From the NCBI GenBank assembly GCA_022773945.1, contig JALFNS010000018.1, positions 2,960-66,959 of the forward strand: a stretch of DNA of 64,000 nucleotides. The letters run 5' to 3'. The notes under the pieces were generated by a model that worked only from the letters and a program-made list of their open reading frames with translations, was not told the DNA's origin and searched no databases. A program made the translations under genes and the position numbers. Below are positions 23,319 through 32,124 of this stretch, one piece after another. This DNA comes from Clostridiales bacterium (lineage in GTDB: Bacteria; Bacillota; Clostridia; Peptostreptococcales; Anaerovoracaceae). Position 1 is the first letter of the stretch; the number at the start of each line of letters is the position of its first letter.

Positions 23319-23589
23319 TCGCGGCGCTCGTTTTGTGCGGACGATCCTTTGTCTGCAGCTTCACAGTCGCGCCTGCATATGCTACGGCTTAAGTCCTCGT
23401 CGCAGGCAACCGTCCGTTCGTCTTTCGCCGCCCGCCTGTTCGAATGCAGGAAGACCCTGCATTTCTCACCACGGCGCGACGGCTTCCATCCTCACACGGT
23501 TGCAGCTGCTTCTGCGGAAAAGCCGCAGCACATGCAGGCACGACTGCGAAGCCGAGGGCTCTTGCCGCCGCACAAAGCGAGCGCTGCGA
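23319..23589. repeat. 271-bp nested imperfect palindrome (REP/MITE-like or structured RNA)
   Basis: Arms at 23319-23390 and 23520-23589 are largely reverse-complementary. Inner pairs: GCAACCGT/ACGGTTGC and ATGCAGG/CCTGCAT. Confidence 0.8.
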
Positions 23590-23620
23590 TTATGAAAATC
23601 TTAAAGAGACCAAACAAATC

Positions 23621-23886
23621 CTGACAAAAGCTTTATTATCATAATTATTTTGTCAGGTTCTGTGAATATGTCAGAGACTTTTCTGACAAGGATATTTGAA
23701 TAACAGCCTGTCTTGTCAGAAATTCCTGTCATGGCGGGGTTATGGGCAAGTGGACAGGGGATGGAAAGGTCATCGCAGGCCATGATTCTGACAACCCCCG
23801 CGGATATCAGGGTATTCTTGTCAGAATTTAGCCGATTCAAGGCTGGTTCTCTGACAAGATGATTTCATATTTAGAAACTTTGTCAG
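23621..23886. repeat. Phased array of alternating CTGACAA / TTGTCAG half-sites
   Basis: Eight half-sites starting at 23621, 23650, 23683, 23713, 23788, 23818, 23851 and 23880, with gaps of 22, 26, 23, 68, 23, 26 and 22 nt. Confidence 0.85.
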
Positions 23887-23913
23887 AAATCCCTCGGAGC
23901 AAGGGCTGTGGAT

Positions 23914-23965
23914 AGATAAGGTGGGAATGAAGGCCGTGTCAGCCACCTTCATTCCCGCCTTATCT
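23914..23965. repeat. 20-bp-stem hairpin upstream of the gdpP promoter
   Basis: AGATAAGGTGGGAATGAAGG-12nt-CCTTCATTCCCGCCTTATCT (one G.U pair). Confidence 0.75.
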
Positions 23966-24066
23966 GCACAAAGTCCTGCCGAAAAATTTGAACATTACAG
24001 GAATTTTGTTGTATAATATAGGTTACGAAAGTATGCCCGACAGATAATTTGGGAGAACAACAGGAG

Positions 24067-25827
24067 ATGTATGTAGGAAGAGTAGAGAGACTGCTGGCAC
24101 ATTATGCGCCTCTGCCTGTATGTATAGTAAGCAGCCAGGGAAAGGTTACCAGAGCCAGCAGCAGAATCGTGGATGTATTCAAATATGACGGCATAGTTGA
24201 TTACGACATATTCGCGCTCACAGGATTCAAAATCCAGGAGATTGTTGAGGCCGCCGCAGAGGGCAAACCGCTTTATCTGGACAGAAACGACAAGAACTTC
24301 AAGGTTCTGGCCAGCATGATCGGCGAGGGGGAGAGTGCCTCCTGCATTATGGTCTTCATTGACGAGACCCCTTATGTGAAACTGAAGAGTCTCTATAAGG
24401 ACGAGAAGGTGTGCCTGGCCATGGTCAACATTGACAACTTCGATGAGCTGGCATCGAGCACATCCGAAGAGTGCGAGCTGGAATTCACCACAGAAATAGA
24501 CAGATTCATAAGAAACTGGGCCCGAGATCTCGATGCGGCGGTAATCCGCTATAAGGAGAATCTTTATGAGATAGTGCTGACCCATGAAGATGTGGATAAT
24601 CTCATTGAGGACAAATTCTCCGTCCTTGACAGAGCCCGAGAGATAAAGACCGAGGCGGATTTTCCTGTGACGCTGAGCATAGGAATCGGCATGGGCGGCA
24701 AAACTCTGGCGGAGCTGGACGAGTACGCTCAGGATGCCCTGGATATGGCACTGGGTCGCGGAGGGGACCAGGCGGTTGTGAAGAACATCCGCAGCATGGA
24801 ATACTTCGGCGGAAAAACCCAGAGCGTTGAGAAGGGAAACAAAGGCAAATCCCGTATTCTGGGACATGCCCTCAAAGCGCTGATCAAACAGTCATCGAAG
24901 GTGTTCATAATGGGCCACAGAAATCCGGATATGGACTGCTTCGGAGCGGCGCTGGGAATTCACAGAATGGCCGTGTCGGCGGGCAAGGAACCTTATATCG
25001 TTATGGGCCATTACGACGACTCCATGGTGGATATAATATCCGACGCCAAGGATACGGATGGATATGCATTCATCTCGGCTGAGAGGGCTTTGAGCCTGAC
25101 CGATGAAAACTCTCTGGTGATAGTGGTTGATACACACAGACCGGTACTGGTGGAATCGCCGGAGCTGGTTGAGGCGGTGAGCCGTCTGGTTGTTATAGAC
25201 CACCACAGGAAGGCGGAGGATGTGTTCTCGTGTCAGACGCTTTCATATATGGAATCATATGCGTCCTCGGCATCGGAGCTGGTTACGGAGATGCTCCAGT
25301 ATACGCTGGATGACAAGAAAGACCTCTCCAAGGTAGAGGCGGATGCGCTCCTGGCGGGAATCATGCTGGACACCAACAGATTCGCGGTCAAAGCGGGAGT
25401 GAGAACCTTCGAAGCCGCATCATGGCTGAAGAGATCGGGTGCGGATCTGCAGACGGTGAGAAGATACTTCCAGGCGGATTCATCGAACTTCAGAGCCAGG
25501 GCGGAGGGTATAGCCAACGCCAGGATAATCGAAGGGGGAATTGCCATGTCCATATGCAGCAACGTGACGGGCAATACGCAGATAATCAATTCCCAGGTTG
25601 CGGACGAGCTCCTGACTATCAAAGGCATCGAAGCCAGCTTCGTGGCAGGGAGCGACAGAATGGGCGGTACGGTTATAAGCGCCAGATCACTGGGGAACAT
25701 AAACGTGCAGAAAATCATGGAGCATTTCGGCGGCGGAGGACATATGAACACGGCAGGAGCCCGTGTGGACTGTCCGCCGGAGGAAATACTCGACAAAATA
25801 GAAGAATTCTTAAAAACAACACATTAG
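24067..25827 (+). CDS. gdpP: Cyclic-di-AMP phosphodiesterase GdpP-family protein (PAS, degenerate GGDEF, DHH/DHHA1) without N-terminal TM helices
   Basis: ALGRGGDQAVVK, GHRNPDMDCFG, VVDTH, IDHHR and GGGGHMNTAG motifs; located upstream of rplI-dnaB. Start is 24049 (TTG) or 24067 (ATG). Confidence 0.88.
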   Translation: MYVGRVERLLAHYAPLPVCIVSSQGKVTRASSRIVDVFKYDGIVDYDIFALTGFKIQEIVEAAAEGKPLYLDRNDKNFKVLASMIGEGESASCIMVFIDETPYVKLKSLYKDEKVCLAMVNIDNFDELASSTSEECELEFTTEIDRFIRNWARDLDAAVIRYKENLYEIVLTHEDVDNLIEDKFSVLDRAREIKTEADFPVTLSIGIGMGGKTLAELDEYAQDALDMALGRGGDQAVVKNIRSMEYFGGKTQSVEKGNKGKSRILGHALKALIKQSSKVFIMGHRNPDMDCFGAALGIHRMAVSAGKEPYIVMGHYDDSMVDIISDAKDTDGYAFISAERALSLTDENSLVIVVDTHRPVLVESPELVEAVSRLVVIDHHRKAEDVFSCQTLSYMESYASSASELVTEMLQYTLDDKKDLSKVEADALLAGIMLDTNRFAVKAGVRTFEAASWLKRSGADLQTVRRYFQADSSNFRARAEGIANARIIEGGIAMSICSNVTGNTQIINSQVADELLTIKGIEASFVAGSDRMGGTVISARSLGNINVQKIMEHFGGGGHMNTAGARVDCPPEEILDKIEEFLKTTH

Positions 25828-25839
25828 GAGGTTAAAATA

Positions 25840-26283
25840 ATGATTGTTATTCTTACCAAAGACGTTAAAGGAACAGGCAAGGCAGGAGAAGTTGTCAAGG
25901 TAAGCGACGGATACGCACGCAACATGCTTTTGCCAAAGGGACTTGCCAGAGAAGCAACGGAAGGCAATGTCAGAAGCCTTGAGAAGCAGAAGGCGATAGC
26001 CGAAGAGAAGAGACAGGAGCAGAAGGCTGCAGCTGAGAAGCAGGCTGAGAAGCTTGAGAAGATAGTAGTTACAGTTGAAACCAAGGGCGGCGAAAACGGC
26101 AAGCTCTTCGGATCCATCACGTCCAAGGACATAGCGGACGCCCTCGAGAAACAGGAGGGAATCAGTCTGGACAAGAAAAAAATCGTAATGGACGGACCTA
26201 TCAAGCAGGCAGGAGAGACGACCGTAACGGTGAAGCTCTTCCAGGATGTAAGCGCCGAAATGAAGGTGAAGGTAACAGTCTGA
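25840..26283 (+). CDS. rplI: 50S ribosomal protein L9
   Basis: [30 protein letters not shown] and KLFGSIT motifs. Confidence 0.98.
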   Translation: MIVILTKDVKGTGKAGEVVKVSDGYARNMLLPKGLAREATEGNVRSLEKQKAIAEEKRQEQKAAAEKQAEKLEKIVVTVETKGGENGKLFGSITSKDIADALEKQEGISLDKKKIVMDGPIKQAGETTVTVKLFQDVSAEMKVKVTV

Positions 26284-26313
26284 ATCGCGAATTCCTGAGA
26301 GAAGGAGAACAGT

Positions 26314-27645
26314 ATGGAAGGAAGAATACCTCCCCACAGTCAGGATGCGGAGAAGGCGGTGCTGGGAGCGGCGCTGCTGTCAAAGGACGCACTCTATGAG
26401 GTGATGGAGACTGTCAGGGCGGAAGATTTCTACGATGACAGTCATAAGGAGATATTCAGAGCGATAAGCGATCTGGGCCGCAGGAACGAACCTGTGGATG
26501 CCCTCACCGTATCGGAATATCTCAAGAAAAAGAACACTCTTAACATGGTGGGAGGAAGAGCCTATATAGGAGCTCTTTCCTCGGAGACACCTACACTGGC
26601 CAATGCGGCACAGTACGCGAAGATAGTGGCGGAGAAGGCCTCCGTCAGAAAAATGATAGAAATGGCCGACGACGTGGTAGCCAAGGGTTACGAGGATTCC
26701 ATGGACGCCGGTGCCCTGCTGGATTATGCGGAGAGCGGCATATTCGCCATATCCCAGTCCAGACAGAAGGGTCAGTACACCCATATCAAGGATGTGCTGG
26801 TTGAGAATATAGAGACGATAGAGAAAGCCGCCCAGCTGGACGGCGGACTCACAGGCGTAACCACAGGCTTCAGAGATCTGGACAGCAAGACATCAGGGCT
26901 TCAGAAGTCGGATCTCATAATACTGGCGGCCAGACCCGCCATGGGAAAGACGGCTTTTGCGCTGACGCTGGCCCTTAATGCTGCGGTGAAGGGCAGAGCC
27001 TCCGTAATGATATTCAGTATGGAGATGGCCAAGGAGCAGCTGGGACAGAGACTTCTGTCCATGGAGTCGAAGGTTGAGATGCAGAAGCTGAAGACGGGGC
27101 GCCTGGAGAGACACGACTGGGACGACATAAGCGAAGCTCTGGAGATTCTCTCGGAAGCGAACATACATATCGACGATACGGCGGGAATCACCATAATGGA
27201 GATGAAGAGCAAGTGCAGGAGACTCAAGGCAGAAGGATCACTGGATCTGGTGCTCATAGACTATCTCCAGCTCATGACTCCGGAAGGCAGGGCGGATTCC
27301 AGAACACAGGAGATATCCACGATTTCAAGAAATCTGAAGCTCCTGGCCAGGGAGCTGGACTGCCCGGTAGTGGTGCTGTCCCAACTTTCGCGAGCACCTG
27401 AAACGAGAACGGATCACAGACCGATGCTGTCCGACCTGAGAGAATCGGGATCCATAGAGCAGGATGCGGATATAGTAATTTTTCTTTACAGAGACGAGTA
27501 TTATAACGAGGATACGGAAACTCCCGGAGAGTGTGAAGTCATCGTGGCCAAGCAGAGAAGCGGTCCTACAGGCACCGTCAAGGTGGCATGGCTTGACAAG
27601 ATCACCAAATTCGTTGACAGCGCCGGGAGCATGGGAGGCTTCTGA
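26314..27645 (+). CDS. dnaB: Replicative DNA helicase
   Basis: PPHSQDAE, ARPAMGKT, FSMEM, IDYLQLM, LSQLSR and DLRESGSIEQDAD motifs. Confidence 0.98.
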   Translation: MEGRIPPHSQDAEKAVLGAALLSKDALYEVMETVRAEDFYDDSHKEIFRAISDLGRRNEPVDALTVSEYLKKKNTLNMVGGRAYIGALSSETPTLANAAQYAKIVAEKASVRKMIEMADDVVAKGYEDSMDAGALLDYAESGIFAISQSRQKGQYTHIKDVLVENIETIEKAAQLDGGLTGVTTGFRDLDSKTSGLQKSDLIILAARPAMGKTAFALTLALNAAVKGRASVMIFSMEMAKEQLGQRLLSMESKVEMQKLKTGRLERHDWDDISEALEILSEANIHIDDTAGITIMEMKSKCRRLKAEGSLDLVLIDYLQLMTPEGRADSRTQEISTISRNLKLLARELDCPVVVLSQLSRAPETRTDHRPMLSDLRESGSIEQDADIVIFLYRDEYYNEDTETPGECEVIVAKQRSGPTGTVKVAWLDKITKFVDSAGSMGGF

Positions 27646-27671
27646 TACAGGAGCCCCGCGGAGAAGATTGA

Positions 27672-28907
27672 ATGGCGTTCAGAAGAGAAGGTTACAGAGA
27701 CTATTTCCTCCACGATACAGCGGTGGAGAATATGTTCATAAACGAATACATGCCGGGTGCACCGGGAGAATACGTGAAGGTTTATCTCTTTTCTCTCATG
27801 TACGCGGATATTGGCGTGGCCTTCACCAATGAGGAAATCGCCAAACATCTGAACATGGAGATTGAGGATGTGTACAAGGCGTGGAACTACTGGGAGCAGA
27901 TGGGTGCGGTCAGGAAAATCCGTCCTCAGGGAGGCGGCCGGTTCGATTACGATATAGAATTCATCCGTCTCAAGGAGAACCTTTACGGGGATGATGAGCC
28001 GGAGGTCTATGTCTGCGATGAGCCGGAGGGGCCTGCCGACGAGGAAATCCGCCGCATGTTCAGAGATATAGAGAAGGTGACGGGAAGGATTCTCAACAGC
28101 TCCGAGAGCAACGAGATTCTCTCCTGGACGGGAACTTACGGGGCTACGCTGGAGCTCATAACCTATGCCTTCGAATACAGCGGGAGCAAAGGCAGAAGCA
28201 CTGCGGTTCGCTACGTGGAGTCGATTGTCAGAGACTGGGCAGGAGAAGGGCTGAAGACGGCCGAGGATGTTGAGCGCATGCTGGCCGAGGAGGATAAGAA
28301 GCAGCATCTTTACAGGAGAGTCTTCAGGGCGCTGGGATTCAACAGGAACGCCACTGAGGAAGAGAAGAAGGTAATGGACAGCTGGTTCGGTGAAATGGGC
28401 TTCACCCTGGAACAGGTTCTGGAGGCCTGTGCGGCCACGACGGGAATATCCAGCCCGAACATTAAATATGTAAACAAGATACTCATAAGCCGCAAGGAGG
28501 AAGGGGACTCCGGCGGACAGGGACTTTCCACAGGGAAGGTTATGAAATACTACGAGGAGCTGAGAGCCCGGGAGGAAGCCGAGGCCGAAGAGCGGAGACG
28601 GGAAGTCTACGCTAAGATTCCTCGTGTCAGGGAGATTGAGGAAGAGATTAACAGACTTAACGGGGAAATCTCCAGGATAATAATTTCCGATAAGATAGAC
28701 AAGAAGGAGAGCATGGCTGCCATCCGTGACAAGGTGGACTCTCTCAATGCGGAGAGAGCTGTTCTGCTTACGGACGGCGGATTCGAAATGGATTACATGG
28801 ATGTTAAATACACCTGTGAAGAATGCCGGGATACCGGAATACTCGACACGGGAGAAAGGTGCCACTGCTTTTGGGAGATAAAGAACAGAAAAACAGAGAA
28901 GATATAA
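27672..28907 (+). CDS. DnaD-domain replication protein with a C-terminal coiled-coil and Zn-finger
   Basis: TAVENMFINEYMPGAPGEYVKVYL N-terminus, two DnaD/DnaB_2-like repeats (YVESIVRDW, KYVNKIL) and a terminal CEECRDTG..RCHC. Confidence 0.8.
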   Translation: MAFRREGYRDYFLHDTAVENMFINEYMPGAPGEYVKVYLFSLMYADIGVAFTNEEIAKHLNMEIEDVYKAWNYWEQMGAVRKIRPQGGGRFDYDIEFIRLKENLYGDDEPEVYVCDEPEGPADEEIRRMFRDIEKVTGRILNSSESNEILSWTGTYGATLELITYAFEYSGSKGRSTAVRYVESIVRDWAGEGLKTAEDVERMLAEEDKKQHLYRRVFRALGFNRNATEEEKKVMDSWFGEMGFTLEQVLEACAATTGISSPNIKYVNKILISRKEEGDSGGQGLSTGKVMKYYEELRAREEAEAEERRREVYAKIPRVREIEEEINRLNGEISRIIISDKIDKKESMAAIRDKVDSLNAERAVLLTDGGFEMDYMDVKYTCEECRDTGILDTGERCHCFWEIKNRKTEKI

Positions 28908-28921
28908 AGAACGTCGAAAGA

Positions 28922-31111
28922 GTGTCCGACGAGCTCAGCGATCTGAAGAACATGATCAGTTCTCTCCGTAAAAGGAATGAGGACATTGCTTCGGGTACCC
29001 GCAGACCGGAGAGCAGGCCGCCTCAGATGTCACCTGAAGAAGCAAACAGGTACAGGGAACGCAGACATGCTGAGAGGCACGTGGAGGAAACGGGGAATCC
29101 GGAGAGCGACAGAGAACGTATGAGAAAAGCTCTGGAGAAGAAGCTCCGCGAGGAAGAGAAGCGCGCCTATTCTCAGGCCAGGAAGGCGGCTGCCGAGAAG
29201 CAGAAGGCGGAGAAGCGTGCCTTGGAGCTGGAGCGAAGACGTGCCGAAGCGAGGGAAAAGCAGGAGAAGCAGCGCAGGAAGGATGAATACCAGAAGGTAA
29301 TCGAAGAGCAGCGGGCTCTCCAGAGACAGAGAAGAGAAGAGGCAGGCAGAGAATACAGGCAGCTGAAGCATGAGATAGAAGAGAAAAAGAAGGAAGAGAA
29401 GAGAGAACGCTCCGAGAAGAGCAGACGGGAACGTCAGGAGAGAGCGGAGCTCAGAAGACAGAGAAGAATCGCCAGGAAATCCGCAGAGCTCGGAGGCGGC
29501 ATAGTCAAGATTCACGGAACCGAAGTGACGACAGAGCTTCAGCCGGTGCCTTCATTCTCATGGCACGATCTCTTCGGTTACATCAGCAGGAAGGATAAGA
29601 AGGCCGCATCATCTCCGGAGGAGATGGAACAGCTGAAGAAGGAGGCTGAGGACAGGAAGGCGGCAGCCAGAGAAACTGCGGCCAGACTCAGGCTTCTCAA
29701 AAAAGAGAAGAGAAAGAACAACCCGATTATCCTCAAGCTAAGGGCTTTCGAGAGCTTTTGCGAGAGAAGGAAGAAGGAGCTGCTCATAGCATTTTCGGTG
29801 GGTCTCACCTTCATAATAGTAACGGGAACATTCATAAACAACTACACGGCTTACGAGTATTCATATAACGGCAAGACGCTCGGTTATGTCAAGAACAAGG
29901 ATGATGTTCTCCAGATCACCGACATGGTGCGGGAGGCTCTAACGGAAGAGAGGGATCAGGAGGTTAACATAGATGCCAGAGACGATATAAGCTTCGACAG
30001 AGTTTTCGTATTTGACGATCGGGTTACCATCGATTCGCAGGAGAATGTGCTCAAGCGTCTGACCTACATGGGCGACCTTAATGTCAAGGCATGCGGAATC
30101 TATATAGACGACAGGAAGGTCGGAGCCGTTAATGACAAGGAAGCGGCAGCTGAGGTGCTCAGCAACATCAAGGACAGATATGTGAGCGGCAAGAGCGGAT
30201 CTGAAGTCCTCGAAGCCGTAATAACCGACGATATAGAAATCAGGGAGAGCAACACGGACGTTGAGGATATCAGCACCGTGGATGAAATGGTGAACATACT
30301 GTGCACCAGCGGAACCAAGGAGGTTACTCACACAGTCGTTCCGGGAGAGACACTTTCGGATATCGCCACTGACTACGGCCTCAGCGAGAATGACATAATG
30401 GCAACGAACGAGGGAATAGATCCCAAGAAGCTTGAGGTGGGCAAGCCGCTCCTGATAAAGCAGGAGGCGCCGCTTCTCAGTGTCAAGGTTACGGAGAAGA
30501 GGACATACGACAAGACAGTGAAGTTCGAGGTGGAGGAGAAGAAGACGGACGAGCTGTACAAGGGAACCACCAGAGTGGATCGCAAGGGTGAAGACGGTAA
30601 GACGACAATAACGGAGAAGACTGTATACGTTAACGGTGAGGTTTCCGACAGCGAAGTTCTGGCCGAAAAGGTGAAGAAGGAACCTGTAGCGAAGATAGTG
30701 AGCGTGGGAACTGCCGATACACCGCCGACAACGGGAACAGGCACGTATATATGGCCGACCAACGGCAAGTACAGAATATCATCAAGATTCGGCCCGAGAT
30801 GGGGACGTAATCATGACGGCATAGATATGGCATGCAGCACAGGCACAGACGTGCTGGCTTCCGACGGAGGAACGGTAATTGAAGCGGGATATCACGGATC
30901 CTACGGTAATCTTGTTGTAATAGATCATCAGAACGGAATCCATACATACTATGCACACAACAGCAAACTGCTCGTAAGTGTGGGAGACAAGGTTTATCAG
31001 GGCTATCATATTGCCGAGTCCGGCAGTACGGGAAGAAGTACGGGACCGCACATCCATTTCGGTGTGAAGGTTAACGGCGTATTCAAGAATCCTGAGAACT
31101 ATCTGCCGTAA
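28922..31111 (+). CDS. M23 peptidase with LysM and G5 domains and a long charged N-terminal region
   Basis: TM segment; HTVVPGETLSDIA (LysM); G5-like segment; HDGID and HIHF M23 zinc motifs. Start uncertain (28922 GTG or 28952 ATG; the track begins at 28823). Confidence 0.85.
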   Translation: MSDELSDLKNMISSLRKRNEDIASGTRRPESRPPQMSPEEANRYRERRHAERHVEETGNPESDRERMRKALEKKLREEEKRAYSQARKAAAEKQKAEKRALELERRRAEAREKQEKQRRKDEYQKVIEEQRALQRQRREEAGREYRQLKHEIEEKKKEEKRERSEKSRRERQERAELRRQRRIARKSAELGGGIVKIHGTEVTTELQPVPSFSWHDLFGYISRKDKKAASSPEEMEQLKKEAEDRKAAARETAARLRLLKKEKRKNNPIILKLRAFESFCERRKKELLIAFSVGLTFIIVTGTFINNYTAYEYSYNGKTLGYVKNKDDVLQITDMVREALTEERDQEVNIDARDDISFDRVFVFDDRVTIDSQENVLKRLTYMGDLNVKACGIYIDDRKVGAVNDKEAAAEVLSNIKDRYVSGKSGSEVLEAVITDDIEIRESNTDVEDISTVDEMVNILCTSGTKEVTHTVVPGETLSDIATDYGLSENDIMATNEGIDPKKLEVGKPLLIKQEAPLLSVKVTEKRTYDKTVKFEVEEKKTDELYKGTTRVDRKGEDGKTTITEKTVYVNGEVSDSEVLAEKVKKEPVAKIVSVGTADTPPTTGTGTYIWPTNGKYRISSRFGPRWGRNHDGIDMACSTGTDVLASDGGTVIEAGYHGSYGNLVVIDHQNGIHTYYAHNSKLLVSVGDKVYQGYHIAESGSTGRSTGPHIHFGVKVNGVFKNPENYLP

Positions 31112-31141
31112 ACATAAGAAAAGGGTTGCCGGGAGACAGAA

Positions 31142-31582
31142 ATGAGAAAGAAGAGAAGGAGCAGACAATTTAAGGAAAGCAGCCGCGTCATAGACATGGA
31201 GGAAGCCAGACTCCGGCGCCGGGAAAAGCGCCGCGAGGAGGAGCGTGCCAGAGAACTGGAGGGAGATCCCTTATATGTTCGCAGTCAGAAGCGAAAGCGT
31301 GCGCTCAGACAGAAGCAGGCTGTAAGACGCATTATTCTCATAGGAATTCTCCTGGTTATGCTTCTGTTCATAGCAGGTTCCGTCACGCGGATAATACTGC
31401 TGAAGAAGGAGCAGAACGACGTCATGAAGAGGCAGGAGCAGCTTCTTGAGGAAAAGGCGGAGAAGGAAGAGGAGCTCAAGAATGTGGACAGCATCGAGAA
31501 CCTGGAGGAGCAGGCACGCAAGCTGAGACTCATCAAGCCGGGAGAGACGCTGTACATTCAGCAGGAAGACGAAGAGGAATGA
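31142..31582 (+). CDS. FtsB/DivIC-like septum formation initiator
   Basis: Basic N-terminus, one TM helix, coiled-coil, and IENLEEQARKLRLIKPGETLY. Confidence 0.75.
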   Translation: MRKKRRSRQFKESSRVIDMEEARLRRREKRREEERARELEGDPLYVRSQKRKRALRQKQAVRRIILIGILLVMLLFIAGSVTRIILLKKEQNDVMKRQEQLLEEKAEKEEELKNVDSIENLEEQARKLRLIKPGETLYIQQEDEEE

Positions 31583-32124
31583 AGATAAAGGAAACTGTAG
31601 TAGTCGAAGGAAGAGATGACACCCGTGCCGTCAGGGCGGCGGTGGACTGTCTCACTCTGGAAACTCACGGCTACGGAATAAGACCGGAGACATGGGACCT
31701 CATAGCTGAGGCCAGCGAACGCACGGGAATAATAATATTCACGGACCCGGATCATGCCGGGGAGCAGATAAGGCGAAGGATCAAGGCCAGATTTCCCGAC
31801 AGTCGGGAAGCTTTTCTCCCCCGGGACAAGGCTACTAAGGACGGAGATATAGGAATCGAAAACGCGGATCCGGAGAGCATCCGGGAGGCGCTGGCAAAGG
31901 CCAGAAGCACAGGCGGCAGAGAGGAATCCGGTATAACCATGGCGGATCTCGCCGGCTGGGGACTTTGCGGGAGAGAAGATTCGGCAGCCAGAAGAGAGGC
32001 TCTGGGAGCTCGTCTGGGGACGGGTCACGCCAACGGCAAAACTCTTCTCAGAAGGCTGCGGGCCTTCGGAATCACGGCGGCGGAGGTGGAAGCCGCTCTG
32101 GAAGACATGGACAAGGAACTGTAA
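31579..32124 (+). CDS. rnmV: Ribonuclease M5
   Basis: IKETVVVEGRDD, IIFTDPDHAGEQIR Toprim motifs; upstream of rsmA. Confidence 0.93.
   Translation: MKIKETVVVEGRDDTRAVRAAVDCLTLETHGYGIRPETWDLIAEASERTGIIIFTDPDHAGEQIRRRIKARFPDSREAFLPRDKATKDGDIGIENADPESIREALAKARSTGGREESGITMADLAGWGLCGREDSAARREALGARLGTGHANGKTLLRRLRAFGITAAEVEAALEDMDKEL

Noticed and set aside
23270-24048. tRNA, rRNA or a yybS pseudogene in the long intergenic region
   Set aside because: No cloverleaf/T-loop signature, no rRNA-like sequence and no hydrophobic ORF remnant were found. The short ORFs here overlay palindromic DNA.
27501-28865. 454-aa minus-strand ORF
   Set aside because: Antisense shadow of the DnaD-domain gene, with no motifs or RBS.
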